DNA of 52,430 bases from Euryarchaeota archaeon RBG_19FT_COMBO_56_21 (GTDB taxonomy: Archaea > Thermoplasmatota > Thermoplasmata > UBA10834), in contig MGWC01000001.1 in the NCBI GenBank assembly GCA_001800815.1, positions 1 through 52,430 of the forward strand, given 5' to 3'. The notes beneath the pieces are model-generated. The model was given only the letters and a program-made list of their open reading frames with translations, had not been told where the DNA came from and did not search any database. A program made the position numbers and the translations under genes. Shown one piece after another: positions 38,021 through 48,056 of this stretch; the stretch's first letter is position 1; each line of letters begins with the position of its first letter.

Positions 38021-38349
38021 AGCCTCTCGAGCAGATATATCGTGACCGTGTCGTCGTCCTCGGGCGGGTCGCTCCTTGGATACCTCTTGGCCAGCTTGTT
38101 GTAGAGATCTCTCCTTGTCTCTCCTTTCTTGGCCTCCAGGTCGTACTGCAGGAAGGTCATGGGTATTTCCTTCAGCTTGTTCGAGCAGGAGTACAGCACG
38201 TTCGCCGTGAATCTCTTCTTCGGGCTAACGATCTCGACATTCTCGTCCGGGGAGTACTTCAACTCACCTTTGTGTATCCTGATGGTCGCGAACACGCGGT
38301 CATCAAGCTTCTTCCAGTCCTGTGAGAAGTCCATTGTTCGGAATCTCAT
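38017..38349 (-). CDS. Small hypothetical protein, ASCH/PUA-like
   Basis: F...W.KL....ATIR pattern and small beta-rich layout reminiscent of ASCH; start may be 38334. Confidence 0.55.
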   Translation of the reverse strand: MRFRTMDFSQDWKKLDDRVFATIRIHKGELKYSPDENVEIVSPKKRFTANVLYSCSNKLKEIPMTFLQYDLEAKKGETRRDLYNKLAKRYPRSDPPEDDDTVTIYLLERL

Positions 38350-38440
38350 CTCAATCCACGTATCAAGGAGTATCAGTTACTAGGCTTAAGCGTTACTTAC
38401 GAATCACAACGCCCACACTGCCGGAATCGGAGCCGCCCTA

Positions 38441-39526
38441 TCAAATTACGTAGAACACTTTCGTGCATCGAATTGCTCTTGCTAGCCCTCTCCGCCCGAG
38501 CACCCGCATCGCGAATTCTGTGCGCAAGTCCGACGGGAAGAACAGGTCCCCCAGCTTCCTGGTCCAGAGGGAGTTCGCGAGCGGCTTGCCCATCACCTCT
38601 CTCCATCTGCGGTCGTACGCGTCCAGTGGGATCCCTTTCTCCAAGTGTTCCTTGATCGTCTTCCCAGCTATCCTTCCTGCAATCATGGCTATGGGGATGC
38701 CACCGCCGTTGCTCGCCATCACATGACCCGCTGAGTCACCTACGAGCATTGCGTTGCCCCGAACGGTCCTATCAACAGGACCTGATTGCGGGACGAACCC
38801 CATGGTTAAACCCGTGTACGAAGGCACTCCGATCTTCTTGGCGAACCTATCAAACAATTCAGTGGGTTTGCCCATCAGAAGGTCGGGCCTGAAGCCGACC
38901 CCAATATTCGCTCCATTGTGCTTCGGTATCACCCATCCGTATCCACCGGGAGCGAGAGAGCCGAAATACATCTTCACGACAGGCTCGAAGCTCCCCTCCG
39001 CTTGGCATGCGATTGCTGGATATCTGGCGTCTGGGCGCTGCAGCCCAACGTCTCGGGCAGTCCTGGAGTTCGGGCCATCCGCGCCGACAATCACCTTTGC
39101 CTTGATCTCTCCTAAGGTCGTCGAGGCCACGCCGTTCGTGATCGAGTTCATCGATGTGGCCGTCTCAAGCCTCGCACCGGCCTCGACCGCAAGCTTCGCA
39201 AGGTGCTTGTCGAAGGCCCGGCGATCAAGCGTGATTCCCTCGAAGGGGACCCTATAGCCCCTCCCATTTGGAGATACGAGTTCGATGAATTCCGACCTCC
39301 CCATGACCAGTGAGCTGTCGACTGTAAGCAGCTCCTCCAGGTCTATCGTCTCGGGGAACATCGAGTACATCTCCTTGATCGCGGGGAGAAACTCGCCACA
39401 CTGAACGGGGTAGCCAATCTCCGTCCGTCTATCAATCAGAAGAACGTCCAGGCCCTTCCCCGCGCAGTATTTGGCGGTAGTGCTGCCTGCCGGACCCGCG
39501 CCGACGATCAGGACGTCGACTTCCAA
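38441..39526 (-). CDS. Geranylgeranyl reductase family FAD oxidoreductase
   Basis: DVLIVGAGPAG, PVQCGE, DR..FD, GADG, PGGYGW.IP, GDSAG...NGGGI; TTG start 39526 inferred. Confidence 0.92.
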   Translation of the reverse strand: MEVDVLIVGAGPAGSTTAKYCAGKGLDVLLIDRRTEIGYPVQCGEFLPAIKEMYSMFPETIDLEELLTVDSSLVMGRSEFIELVSPNGRGYRVPFEGITLDRRAFDKHLAKLAVEAGARLETATSMNSITNGVASTTLGEIKAKVIVGADGPNSRTARDVGLQRPDARYPAIACQAEGSFEPVVKMYFGSLAPGGYGWVIPKHNGANIGVGFRPDLLMGKPTELFDRFAKKIGVPSYTGLTMGFVPQSGPVDRTVRGNAMLVGDSAGHVMASNGGGIPIAMIAGRIAGKTIKEHLEKGIPLDAYDRRWREVMGKPLANSLWTRKLGDLFFPSDLRTEFAMRVLGRRGLARAIRCTKVFYVI

Positions 39527-40233
39527 GGTTTCTTCCCCCTGGTCATCGTCGCGCCCTTCATCTCCAAGTACTCCGAGGTCACCTCGCAAAAGCCCGTCCG
39601 CTTCATGAGATCCTCGTAGACCCTCGTGGAGCCGAACGCCTCGTAGGTCTCCAGGAGCTTTGCATACGGATCCCTGGCCCATCTCTCCTTCGCCGCAGCG
39701 GGAGCCGCTATTCGGGTCAGTGGAGGCACCATGCGCCTCACATGTATCTCGAGCATCTTCGCAAGAGGGCCCGGAGGTGGTTTCGCCATGTCGACGACGA
39801 TTGCCTCTCCGCCTTCCTTGAGGACTCTGTGTATCTCGCCCAGCCCCCGCTCTTTGTCGAAGAAGTCGCGGAAGGAGAAAACACAGAACACCTTGTCGAC
39901 GCTCCCGGCAGTCATTGGTATCTCCTCGCCCACGCCTCTGAGGAACGATACACGCTCTGGGTCGACGTTCTTCGCAGCGGCTTTTGAGAGGTCGGGAGAC
40001 GGCTCGAGCGCGAAGACGCTCTTTGATGACAAGTGCTTCGTGAAATTGCCAGGACCTGAACCTATCTCCAGGACGATGTCCTCGGGTTTGGCCAGCGCGG
40101 CAACCTTCTTTCGCCATCGATCGACCATTCCAAAGGTGATCAGCCAGTTCACTCGCTCGTAGTACGGCCCGACCTCTTCCATCGCATCCATGAGATCGCG
40201 CCACTCATTGGTGGACATTCCATGCGGATCCAA
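39508..40233 (-). CDS. UbiE/MenG-like SAM-dependent methyltransferase
   Basis: YERVN..ITFG...RWR, LEIGSGPG, FSFRD, EIHRVLK.GG. Confidence 0.8.
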   Translation of the reverse strand: MDPHGMSTNEWRDLMDAMEEVGPYYERVNWLITFGMVDRWRKKVAALAKPEDIVLEIGSGPGNFTKHLSSKSVFALEPSPDLSKAAAKNVDPERVSFLRGVGEEIPMTAGSVDKVFCVFSFRDFFDKERGLGEIHRVLKEGGEAIVVDMAKPPPGPLAKMLEIHVRRMVPPLTRIAAPAAAKERWARDPYAKLLETYEAFGSTRVYEDLMKRTGFCEVTSEYLEMKGATMTRGKKPWKSTS

Positions 40234-40242
40234 TCAAATCAC

Positions 40243-41235
40243 CTACGAGTCCCGTTCGAGAACCTTCTTGACGAGGTTTCTCAAGCCCGCGCTATACTGC
40301 GTATTCGTCAGGCATCCGAGATGACCTAGCGCCTCCATTCCGTAGTACTCGCTCATGCCCTTTGCCTTCTCGACGGCTCCTGACTTGATCACTAGCCTGG
40401 CGCACTTCCTGACCTCCTCGCTTGAGGGAGTCTCCGATGTGATGACATCGAAGATAGCCTTCTTGATATCCTCCGAACCCTTGATGGCCAGAAGGGAAGG
40501 GAGAGTCAGGTTGCCCTCCTTCAGATCGTTGCCAGCCGTCTTCCCGGTCTTCTTCTCGTCCCCCGTGAAGTCCAGGATATCGTCTATGATCTGGAATGCG
40601 ATGCCGAGGTCTAGGCCGTAGCTGCCCAATGCTGATATCTCGTCCGCGGTCGCCCCTGCGAGATACGCACCAACCATAGCGCCCGCCCTGATGGGCTGCG
40701 CAGTCTTCCTCTCGGCAACCTGGAGATAAGTGTTAACGCTGAGATCCTTCCTGTGCCTGTACCGGTTCTGAAGGATCTCTCCTTCCGCAAGCGCAGTGCA
40801 GGCGTCCGCCGTGGTCTCGACAACGACCTTGTCGAACACGCCTCCCAACCGGAAGGCCTTGACGAAGAGAAAATCTCCAGTAACGACTGCCGAGTGAAGA
40901 CCCCACTTCTTGTAGACTGTGTCTCGGCCCCGCCTAGTAGAACCGCCGTCGTTGACGTCGTCGTGAACAAGGGTGGCCGAATGTATGAGTTCGAACCCGG
41001 CGGCGATGTCCACGATCTTCTTGATGTCCGCGCCTCCGAGTGCCTTGTATGCTAGAATCGTCACGGTCGGGCGGATGCGCTTCCCGCCCGCATCGATGAC
41101 ATGGAGGGATGCCTCCGTCAGAACCTTCTCCTGAGACTTCACCATTTCATGGAGCTTGTCGTCGACCATCTGGAGCTCTTTCTTTATGCCGAAGTCCCAT
41201 GGCGATGTCGTCATGGCGATGCGCATATAACCCAA
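40243..41235 (-). CDS. Polyprenyl diphosphate synthase
   Basis: GGKRIRP, LVHDDVND...RRG, KT, FQIIDDILD; start may be 41214. Confidence 0.93.
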   Translation of the reverse strand: MGYMRIAMTTSPWDFGIKKELQMVDDKLHEMVKSQEKVLTEASLHVIDAGGKRIRPTVTILAYKALGGADIKKIVDIAAGFELIHSATLVHDDVNDGGSTRRGRDTVYKKWGLHSAVVTGDFLFVKAFRLGGVFDKVVVETTADACTALAEGEILQNRYRHRKDLSVNTYLQVAERKTAQPIRAGAMVGAYLAGATADEISALGSYGLDLGIAFQIIDDILDFTGDEKKTGKTAGNDLKEGNLTLPSLLAIKGSEDIKKAIFDVITSETPSSEEVRKCARLVIKSGAVEKAKGMSEYYGMEALGHLGCLTNTQYSAGLRNLVKKVLERDS

Positions 41236-41319
41236 TGCATACTTAAGCGTAATGCCTTCTGGCTAGTGCTGTTTTCGGGCATCTGGCATGACAGAAAACG
41301 GAGGCATTTGGGCATCGAC

Positions 41320-42816
41320 TCAGGGCCAACCGGAGGGCAGTCCCGCGAACGCCTCGGCCGCTGTGCGGCATGCCTCGACGAACGGGTCGGGGAACAGTCC
41401 GATGCCAACGACCATGACGACCGCAAAGAGGATCGCTACTGTCAGGATTGGCGGTACCTTCACAGTCGTCTCAGGGCCTTTCTCCATGTACATGTACTTG
41501 ATCACGCGCGCGTAATAGTACAGAGACAGGGCGCTGTTGAGGACGCCTGCTACCGCCAGCCAAACGAGCCACGACGGTCCGGGGTCGATCGATGCGTAGA
41601 CAGACGAGGAGAAGAGCACGAACTTGCTCGCGAATCCCGCCAGGGGCGGAATGCCAGCAAGAGACAGCAGGAATAGCGTCATGGTGAGCGCGAGGAACGG
41701 GGATCTCTTGCTCAGACCCTTGAAACCATCCAAGCGTTCGCCTATCGCGATCGCGCCCATCGCGGCAACGACCATGAACGCCCCTGACTTCATGAACGCG
41801 TGCGTGAGGATATGGAGCAGGCCCCCTGCGAGCGCGTACTGGGTCCCGACGGGCAGAACTATCAATATGTATCCCGCCTGGGCGATCGACGAGTATGCGA
41901 GCATCCTCTTGATGTTCGTCTGGGAGACCGCGATAAGGTTGCCCACCGTCATCGTGATTATCGCGAGCGCTGCGATGGCCACTTCCCAGTCGGTCTTCGT
42001 CAGGATCATGCCGATCAGGAATATCTTGAAGAGGGCTGCGAACCCCATCTTCTTGGAGGCCGCGGCCAGAAGGCCGGAGATCGGCGTCGGGGCCCCCTCG
42101 TATACATCCGGGGCCCACATGTGGAACGGGACCATGGCGATCTTGAAGCCCAAACCCGCCATGAGCAGCACAGATGCCAGTATGAGCATGGGCTCCGCGT
42201 CAATCCCGGCTGGGTTCCCCGCAAGGATGGGCTCGATCCCGACGATCCGCGTGGTGCCCGCAATGCCGTAGATGAGCGTTATTGCGAACAAGGTGAGGGC
42301 GGAGGAGAATCCTCCGATGATGAAGTACTTCGTCGCAGCTTCCGCGGACCTCTTCTCGGTCTTCCTGAAGCCGGACAGCGCAAACGACGATATACCCGCT
42401 ATCTCGAGCCCAACGAAGAGCGCGATCAGGTCGGTGGATTCGGCCACGATAGTCATGCCGGTAATGGCCAGCAGTATGAGCGAATAGTACTCGCCCTGGT
42501 TCCGATCAGTCCTGATGAACTCCGGGGACCCGAGCACGACCACTATCCCGACGAACAAGAATACGAGCATGAACAGCCCGGAGAACGCGTTGACCTCGAT
42601 CAGGTCTATCATGCTTGTGGACATCGCCCAGACATCCAGGAAAAGCCACCCGACCAATAGTATCACGAGGGACACAAGAGGAACGAGCGACACGAGGGCC
42701 AACACCCGCTTGTCCTTGAACAGGTAGTCCAACGCGGGGAGCACCAGCGCGAACACTATCAATACGAGTTGAGGCATGAGCGACTCAAGATAGTTCCAGA
42801 CGGCCATCTCATCCAC
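41320..42816 (-). CDS. nuoN: Complex I-like subunit N
   Basis: EAATKYF, FKIA.VPFHMWAPDVYEGAP, KRMLAYSSI. Confidence 0.95.
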   Translation of the reverse strand: MDEMAVWNYLESLMPQLVLIVFALVLPALDYLFKDKRVLALVSLVPLVSLVILLVGWLFLDVWAMSTSMIDLIEVNAFSGLFMLVFLFVGIVVVLGSPEFIRTDRNQGEYYSLILLAITGMTIVAESTDLIALFVGLEIAGISSFALSGFRKTEKRSAEAATKYFIIGGFSSALTLFAITLIYGIAGTTRIVGIEPILAGNPAGIDAEPMLILASVLLMAGLGFKIAMVPFHMWAPDVYEGAPTPISGLLAAASKKMGFAALFKIFLIGMILTKTDWEVAIAALAIITMTVGNLIAVSQTNIKRMLAYSSIAQAGYILIVLPVGTQYALAGGLLHILTHAFMKSGAFMVVAAMGAIAIGERLDGFKGLSKRSPFLALTMTLFLLSLAGIPPLAGFASKFVLFSSSVYASIDPGPSWLVWLAVAGVLNSALSLYYYARVIKYMYMEKGPETTVKVPPILTVAILFAVVMVVGIGLFPDPFVEACRTAAEAFAGLPSGWP

Positions 42817-44335
42817 CTCCTGCGAACAGCACTTGCACTATCCGCACAGCAGGGTCGATGTACTGGAAGATCACGAGCGGGAAGACCCCGAAAATCGCAA
42901 TGACCGCGATCAGTGTGCCCACAGGGACCCCTTCGAACCAATCGATGTCGTGTATGTGGGAGGTATCGATCTTATCCGTCATCGGGCCGAACATGGACCG
43001 CTGCAGGGCCCACAAGTAGTAGCCCGCGGTTATGGCGACGGCTATCATCGGCAGGAGCAGCCACAAGCCCCAGGTCTGGTACACGCTGGCGAAGACCATG
43101 AACTCCGCAGCGAAACTCACGAGGCCGGGCAGCCCCAGGGACGCCAAGAAGCCTATCGTCATCATCGTAGCCGCGTTCGGCATCTTCTTCGAGAGCCCTC
43201 CGAGGCTAGGTATCATCCTAGTGCCCGCGTGGTGCTGAACCACGCCGCACATCATGAATAGGACTGCCGTCACGAGACCGTGAGCGAACATCTGGAACAC
43301 GCCTGCGACGATCCCCAGCTGCGTGAACGTGGCGTATCCCAGCAGAACGAAACCCATGTGGCTGATCGAGCTGTAAGCGACCATCTTCTTCAGGTCGCGC
43401 TGAGCCAGACAGACCATCGCTCCATATAGGATGCTCGCGATCGCTATCGCGGCCATCACGAGCTGCATCGCATCCGCGCCTGCAGGCAATGTGGGCATCG
43501 AGACCCTGATGATGCCGTAGCCGCCCATCTTCAGCAACAGGCCGGCCAGGAGAACGCTTCCTGCGGTGGGGGCCTCGACATGCGCGTCGGGCAGCCAAGT
43601 GTGGAAGGGCACCATCGGCAGCTTCACGCCGAACCCGAAGAAGGTGGCAGCGAAGGCTATGATCTGGAACGTTCGGCCGAACTCTGAGAGCCCGGCCCTC
43701 CAGATGTCTTCCATCCCGAACGAATTGACACCCGCTTGGAAGTACATCGCCATAATGGCGATGAGCATCGCGAGGCTCGCGATGTGTGTGTATATGAAGA
43801 ACTTGATCGCGGCGTAATCCTTCCTCGGACCTCCCCAGACGCCTATCAGGAAGTACATCGGGATGAGGACTATCTCCCAGAATACGTAGAACACGAAGTA
43901 GTCGAGAGTGGAGAAGACGCCCAGTACGCCGACCTCGAGGATCAACATCAGCCCGAAGTACTCCTTCGGCCTCTGCTTCGTGTCCCACGAGAACACGATG
44001 GACAGCGTGGTGAGAAGTGTGGTCAGCAGGAACATGGGCAGGCCAATGCCGTCAAGGCCCACGATGTACCGAATCCCGAGCGACTGTATCCATGAGTACT
44101 CCTCATAGTACTGGAAATCGAAGAAGCCGTTCCCCTCGTGGTATCCGGTGGCAGAGCCATCGGGCTCGACCATAAAGTCCACCGCAACGAGCAACGAAAG
44201 CACAAGGGCCGCCAGCGAGAAGGAGAACGCGACCCATTTCGCGTACTTCTCGTACCTGCCGAGACTGAAGGTCGCGATGGCGCCTATCAGAGGCAGCAGT
44301 ATGATGATCGAGATGATTGGTATGTTCTCGAACAT
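42809..44335 (-). CDS. nuoM: Complex I-like subunit M
   Basis: GLDG, FYVFWE..LIPMY, PFHTWLPDAHVEAPT, LLKMGGYG. Confidence 0.95.
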   Translation of the reverse strand: MFENIPIISIIILLPLIGAIATFSLGRYEKYAKWVAFSFSLAALVLSLLVAVDFMVEPDGSATGYHEGNGFFDFQYYEEYSWIQSLGIRYIVGLDGIGLPMFLLTTLLTTLSIVFSWDTKQRPKEYFGLMLILEVGVLGVFSTLDYFVFYVFWEIVLIPMYFLIGVWGGPRKDYAAIKFFIYTHIASLAMLIAIMAMYFQAGVNSFGMEDIWRAGLSEFGRTFQIIAFAATFFGFGVKLPMVPFHTWLPDAHVEAPTAGSVLLAGLLLKMGGYGIIRVSMPTLPAGADAMQLVMAAIAIASILYGAMVCLAQRDLKKMVAYSSISHMGFVLLGYATFTQLGIVAGVFQMFAHGLVTAVLFMMCGVVQHHAGTRMIPSLGGLSKKMPNAATMMTIGFLASLGLPGLVSFAAEFMVFASVYQTWGLWLLLPMIAVAITAGYYLWALQRSMFGPMTDKIDTSHIHDIDWFEGVPVGTLIAVIAIFGVFPLVIFQYIDPAVRIVQVLFAGGG

Positions 44336-44338
44336 GGT

Positions 44339-46315
44339 TCACCAACCTCCCCAGGGCACGACGAACAACAGGAATGCGAGGAGTATGACGATGCCCAAGA
44401 TGATCAGGCTCGCGTATCTCTGCACATTCCCGCTCTGAGCCTTCCTTATGATTCCGCCGATGCTGGCGCCCAGGTATGAGAATCCGTTGACCGCACCGTC
44501 GATGACGCGTCTGTCGAAGGCATCGCAGACCAGCGAAAACCCGTACCAGACCTTGCACGCGAAGTCGTCGTAGAACTTGCTGATGTACCATCTGTTCTCG
44601 AGCGCCCTCTGCAAAGTGCCTGCGGTGCCTCTGGCGAATACCGAGCGGTCGAATCCCGGCATGTAGTACATTCTATATGCCAGCAGAATCCCGACAACCG
44701 CGAGTGCCAGCGACACGTATGTCAGCGGGTCGGTGAAGATCTCAACCGCGACATCCATCGCAGACTCGTGTCCTGCCAATACATGCTCCTCGATCGGAAG
44801 CTCCATGAACGCCTTGAATCCGTCTCCCGCAAACAGCGCGAACCCGGAGGTTATCGCCAACCCCGCCAGAATGATTAGTGGGATGGTCATAATCCTAGGT
44901 GACTCGTGTGCGTGGTAATCCGACCGTGCCTTGCCAGCGAAGGTCATGAACCACATCCTGAACATGTAGAAGGCCGTCATGAAAGCGGTCGCGATGCCCA
45001 GCACCCAGAGCAACAGAAAAATCGGGTCGAGATCTCCCGCATGATAAACGGCAGCGAGCACCTCATCCTTGCTCCAGAACCCGGATAATGGCGGTACGCC
45101 CGCGATAGCTAGCGCTCCTATGAGCATCGTCGTTGAGGTGATCTTCATATGCTTGCGTAGCCCGCCCATAAGTCGCATGTCGTTTGTGCCGACGGCGTGT
45201 ATGACGCTGCCAGCGCATAGGAACAGAAGCGCCTTGAAGAAGGCGTGGTTCATTAGATGGAATGTCGCGGCAGTGTAGCCGCTCGGGTTCTGGAGATGAT
45301 ACACCAAGTATCCCCCGGCCCCCAATCCAAGGATCATATAGCCCAGCTGACTGATGGTGCTGTAAGCCAGCACTCTCTTGATATCGTTGGCAGCCAAGGC
45401 GCAAGTGGCAGCAATGAGCGCCGTGACGCCACCTATGACGGCCGCGAACAACAAGCTCTCCGGCGTCTGGACAAGCAGAGGATACGTCCTCGCGGTCAAG
45501 TACACGCCCGCTTTCACCATGGTCGCAGCATGGATGAGCGCCGACACCGTTGTTGGGCCCTCCATCGCATCAGGCAGCCATTCGTGCAACGGGAACTGCG
45601 CGCTCTTGCCGATCGCTCCGCCGAAGATCAACGCGGTCGACAGAATCAGTATATCCGAGGGAACCGTCGGAGCACCCGCAGCGCCGCTGTTTACGTCGAA
45701 CAAGACAGCGAAATCGAGGTTTCCGACGTACTTGAAAAGCAGGATGATCCCTGCCATAAACATGATGTCGCCCACGCGCGTGACTATGAACGCGCGCTTG
45801 GCCGCGCTCGCGGCGGACGGCTTCTGATACCAGAAGCCTATGAGAAGGTAGGAGCACAGGCCCACGAGCTCCCAGAAGATGAACATCTGGAGGTAGTTGT
45901 CCGCGATGACCAGGCCGTACATCACCGATATGAACAGCATGATCTCGGCGTAGTACCTCCGTCTGGTCTCTCCCTCCGCGTGCATGTACCCGCCGGAGTA
46001 GACGACAACCAGAGTACCGACTATCGATACGACAAGGAGCATCAGCGCGGCCAGCTGGTCGATCCAGATCCCAAATGTGACTTCGTAGCCGCCGATGATC
46101 AGCCAAGTGGTCCGAGGTGCGTCTTCGGTGAGCGTGTTTCCGTTCATTACCTCCCAGATCACGAGGAACGAGAGAGCGAGTGCTCCTCCTGCGCCCGCGA
46201 TTCCGTACCCCCAGCCATCCTCCCATCCGAGAGTCCTCTTGGGCATCAGCGCTATCAGAATGAAGGCGATGAACGGGAACACCGGTATGAGCCATGCGTA
46301 CTGGAGCACGTCCAT
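44339..46315 (-). CDS. nuoL: Complex I-like subunit L
   Basis: WELVGLCSYLLIGFW, GKSAQFPLH.WLPDAMEGPT, HAATMV, HAFFKALLF. Confidence 0.96.
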   Translation of the reverse strand: MDVLQYAWLIPVFPFIAFILIALMPKRTLGWEDGWGYGIAGAGGALALSFLVIWEVMNGNTLTEDAPRTTWLIIGGYEVTFGIWIDQLAALMLLVVSIVGTLVVVYSGGYMHAEGETRRRYYAEIMLFISVMYGLVIADNYLQMFIFWELVGLCSYLLIGFWYQKPSAASAAKRAFIVTRVGDIMFMAGIILLFKYVGNLDFAVLFDVNSGAAGAPTVPSDILILSTALIFGGAIGKSAQFPLHEWLPDAMEGPTTVSALIHAATMVKAGVYLTARTYPLLVQTPESLLFAAVIGGVTALIAATCALAANDIKRVLAYSTISQLGYMILGLGAGGYLVYHLQNPSGYTAATFHLMNHAFFKALLFLCAGSVIHAVGTNDMRLMGGLRKHMKITSTTMLIGALAIAGVPPLSGFWSKDEVLAAVYHAGDLDPIFLLLWVLGIATAFMTAFYMFRMWFMTFAGKARSDYHAHESPRIMTIPLIILAGLAITSGFALFAGDGFKAFMELPIEEHVLAGHESAMDVAVEIFTDPLTYVSLALAVVGILLAYRMYYMPGFDRSVFARGTAGTLQRALENRWYISKFYDDFACKVWYGFSLVCDAFDRRVIDGAVNGFSYLGASIGGIIRKAQSGNVQRYASLIILGIVILLAFLLFVVPWGGW

Positions 46316-46316
46316 C

Positions 46317-46643
46317 TTACCACCTCAGGATGTTGATCTTGTCAACATCGATAGTCTGATACCTTCTGTAGACCGACAGCAGTATCGCCAATCCCACGGC
46401 AACCTCTGCGGCCGCAATCGCTATCGAGAAGAGAGCAAACGCCTGACCAGTCGCATCCGTGCCTAGTGTTGGATGCAGCGAACTGTAGTAGGAGCTGAAG
46501 GCGACGAGGTTGATGTTCGCGGCGTTGAGCATGATCTCGATCGACATCAGCACGACGATTGCATTCCTTCTAGTCATGACGCCATAGACGCCCACGGCGA
46601 GCAGGAGGGAGCTGAGTATGAGCCAATACTCTATCGGGATCAT
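46317..46643 (-). CDS. nuoK: Complex I-like subunit K
   Basis: RRN...LMSIE.MLNA, AAAEVAVGLA. Confidence 0.95.
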   Translation of the reverse strand: MIPIEYWLILSSLLLAVGVYGVMTRRNAIVVLMSIEIMLNAANINLVAFSSYYSSLHPTLGTDATGQAFALFSIAIAAAEVAVGLAILLSVYRRYQTIDVDKINILRW

Positions 46644-46885
46644 TCTTCCTCCTCCTTCGCCAGGAACACTCCGCCCAGGAGCGCGACCAATAGCAACAAT
46701 CCGATGAACAGCATCACGAGACCGTATCCGGAAGCATCGCTCTCGCCGAACAGCGCATTCCCAACATCTTCATTGGTGGTGTTGTCGAGTGTCGTAGCAT
46801 CCGGCCACGATACTTGCATGATGGCTCCAACGAACAACAACGCGAGTGCGAGCACCATGAGAGCTCGGAACAACCCAGAGTTCAT
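46640..46885 (-). CDS. nuoJ: Complex I-like subunit J, C-terminal half
   Basis: VG.ALF...LLLVALLGGVFLAK matches NuoJ C-terminus; position between J-N and K. Confidence 0.8.
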   Translation of the reverse strand: MNSGLFRALMVLALALLFVGAIMQVSWPDATTLDNTTNEDVGNALFGESDASGYGLVMLFIGLLLLVALLGGVFLAKEEEE

Positions 46886-47151
46886 CGCTTCTCACTCTCC
46901 ATGATCTCGCGCCTTGTGAGCATGATACCGAAGAGGATTACCACGACTACTGCCCCGACATAGACGAGTATCTGGACTATCGCAACGAACTCAGCGCTCA
47001 GCATGATGTACAGCGCAGCGATCGCGATGAAGCATGTTGCCAGACCGACCACGCTGTGGACGATCTCCCTCGCCCTGATCACATATATCGCTGAGAGCAG
47101 GGTCGACGCAGACAAGAACAGGAATACGAACATCTCCCAGTCCAAGGTCAC
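46882..47151 (-). CDS. nuoJ: Complex I-like subunit J, N-terminal half
   Basis: VHS...L, AEFVA.VQILVYVGAV; GTG start overlapping nuoI stop. Confidence 0.88.
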   Translation of the reverse strand: MTLDWEMFVFLFLSASTLLSAIYVIRAREIVHSVVGLATCFIAIAALYIMLSAEFVAIVQILVYVGAVVVVILFGIMLTRREIMESEKR

Positions 47152-48056
47152 TTCCTCACCCCCGGCCATTCGAGCGCATCGAACTTGCAGGCCCTGTAAC
47201 ACTTCCCGCACCCGACGCACTTCTCAAGCACGAAGACCGCGCGCTTCTTCGGCTTGCCTTTCTTGCCATCCTTGAGCACCTTCTCCGTGCCTGGCAAATC
47301 CATCATGTAAATGACATCCGCAGGGCAGGCTCTCGCGCACGCGCCGCATCCAGTGCATTTCTTGATAAGGAATTTCGGCTCAGGCATCTCGAAGTAGGAT
47401 TCGTAAACCTCCTCCATCTCGAGGGCGCTCTCGGGGCAAACGGTCTCGCATTTCTTGCAGGATGTACATTTGCCGAGGTTGATCTCTGGCTTGGTCTTGC
47501 CAACCCCCTCGATGGGCATCATTGCGATCGCCATCTCGGGGCATTCGCCCGCGCACTTCTCGCAGCTGGTACACTTGGTCATATCCAGGATAGGCAGGAG
47601 GCGCTTCTGCCGTTCCTCCTTCACTTTCCCCGCGAACGAATCGTCCCTCAGCTCCTTGGGACCGTACTTGAGCTTGGAGCGTTCATGATGGGCGAGCTCA
47701 AATTCGACGCTCTCGTGGATGGCGACCGTTGGACATATCTCGACGCACAGACCGCAGAACAGGCATCTGCCATAGTCCACTCCAGGCCGTTCGATCTTGC
47801 CCAGCTCAGGGTCCTCCAGCTTCTCCATCCACATGCAGTCGTTCGGACAAATCTGAACGCAGTTCGAGCATCCGATGCATCGCTTGAAATCCACAATGTG
47901 TTTTCCGCGGTAGCCGATCGGCAGCTCCAGTTTCTGATATGGATACAACACGGTGTTCGGCTTGCCCAGAATCAGCGAGTTGGCGACCGTCTTTCCAGTG
48001 CGCTTCATCGGCTGCAGGACAAGCCCCAGGGAACTCCTCTTCTTAGCCTGCGGCAT
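47148..48056 (-). CDS. nuoI: Complex I-like subunit I extended with four extra ferredoxin motifs
   Basis: T..YP...YRG, RCIGC..C...CP, RCLFCGLCVE.CP plus four more CxxCxxCxxxC; start MPQ at 48056. Confidence 0.9.
   Translation of the reverse strand: MPQAKKRSSLGLVLQPMKRTGKTVANSLILGKPNTVLYPYQKLELPIGYRGKHIVDFKRCIGCSNCVQICPNDCMWMEKLEDPELGKIERPGVDYGRCLFCGLCVEICPTVAIHESVEFELAHHERSKLKYGPKELRDDSFAGKVKEERQKRLLPILDMTKCTSCEKCAGECPEMAIAMMPIEGVGKTKPEINLGKCTSCKKCETVCPESALEMEEVYESYFEMPEPKFLIKKCTGCGACARACPADVIYMMDLPGTEKVLKDGKKGKPKKRAVFVLEKCVGCGKCYRACKFDALEWPGVRK

Noticed and set aside
38441-40204. 587-aa reductase with a long N-terminal extension
   Set aside because: The first ~226 codons are an off-frame overlap of the methyltransferase gene; the real protein begins at the Rossmann motif (~39526)
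46640-47151. nuoJ frameshift pseudogene
   Set aside because: Both halves have their own coupled starts; split J is known in archaeal Nuo/Fpo operons
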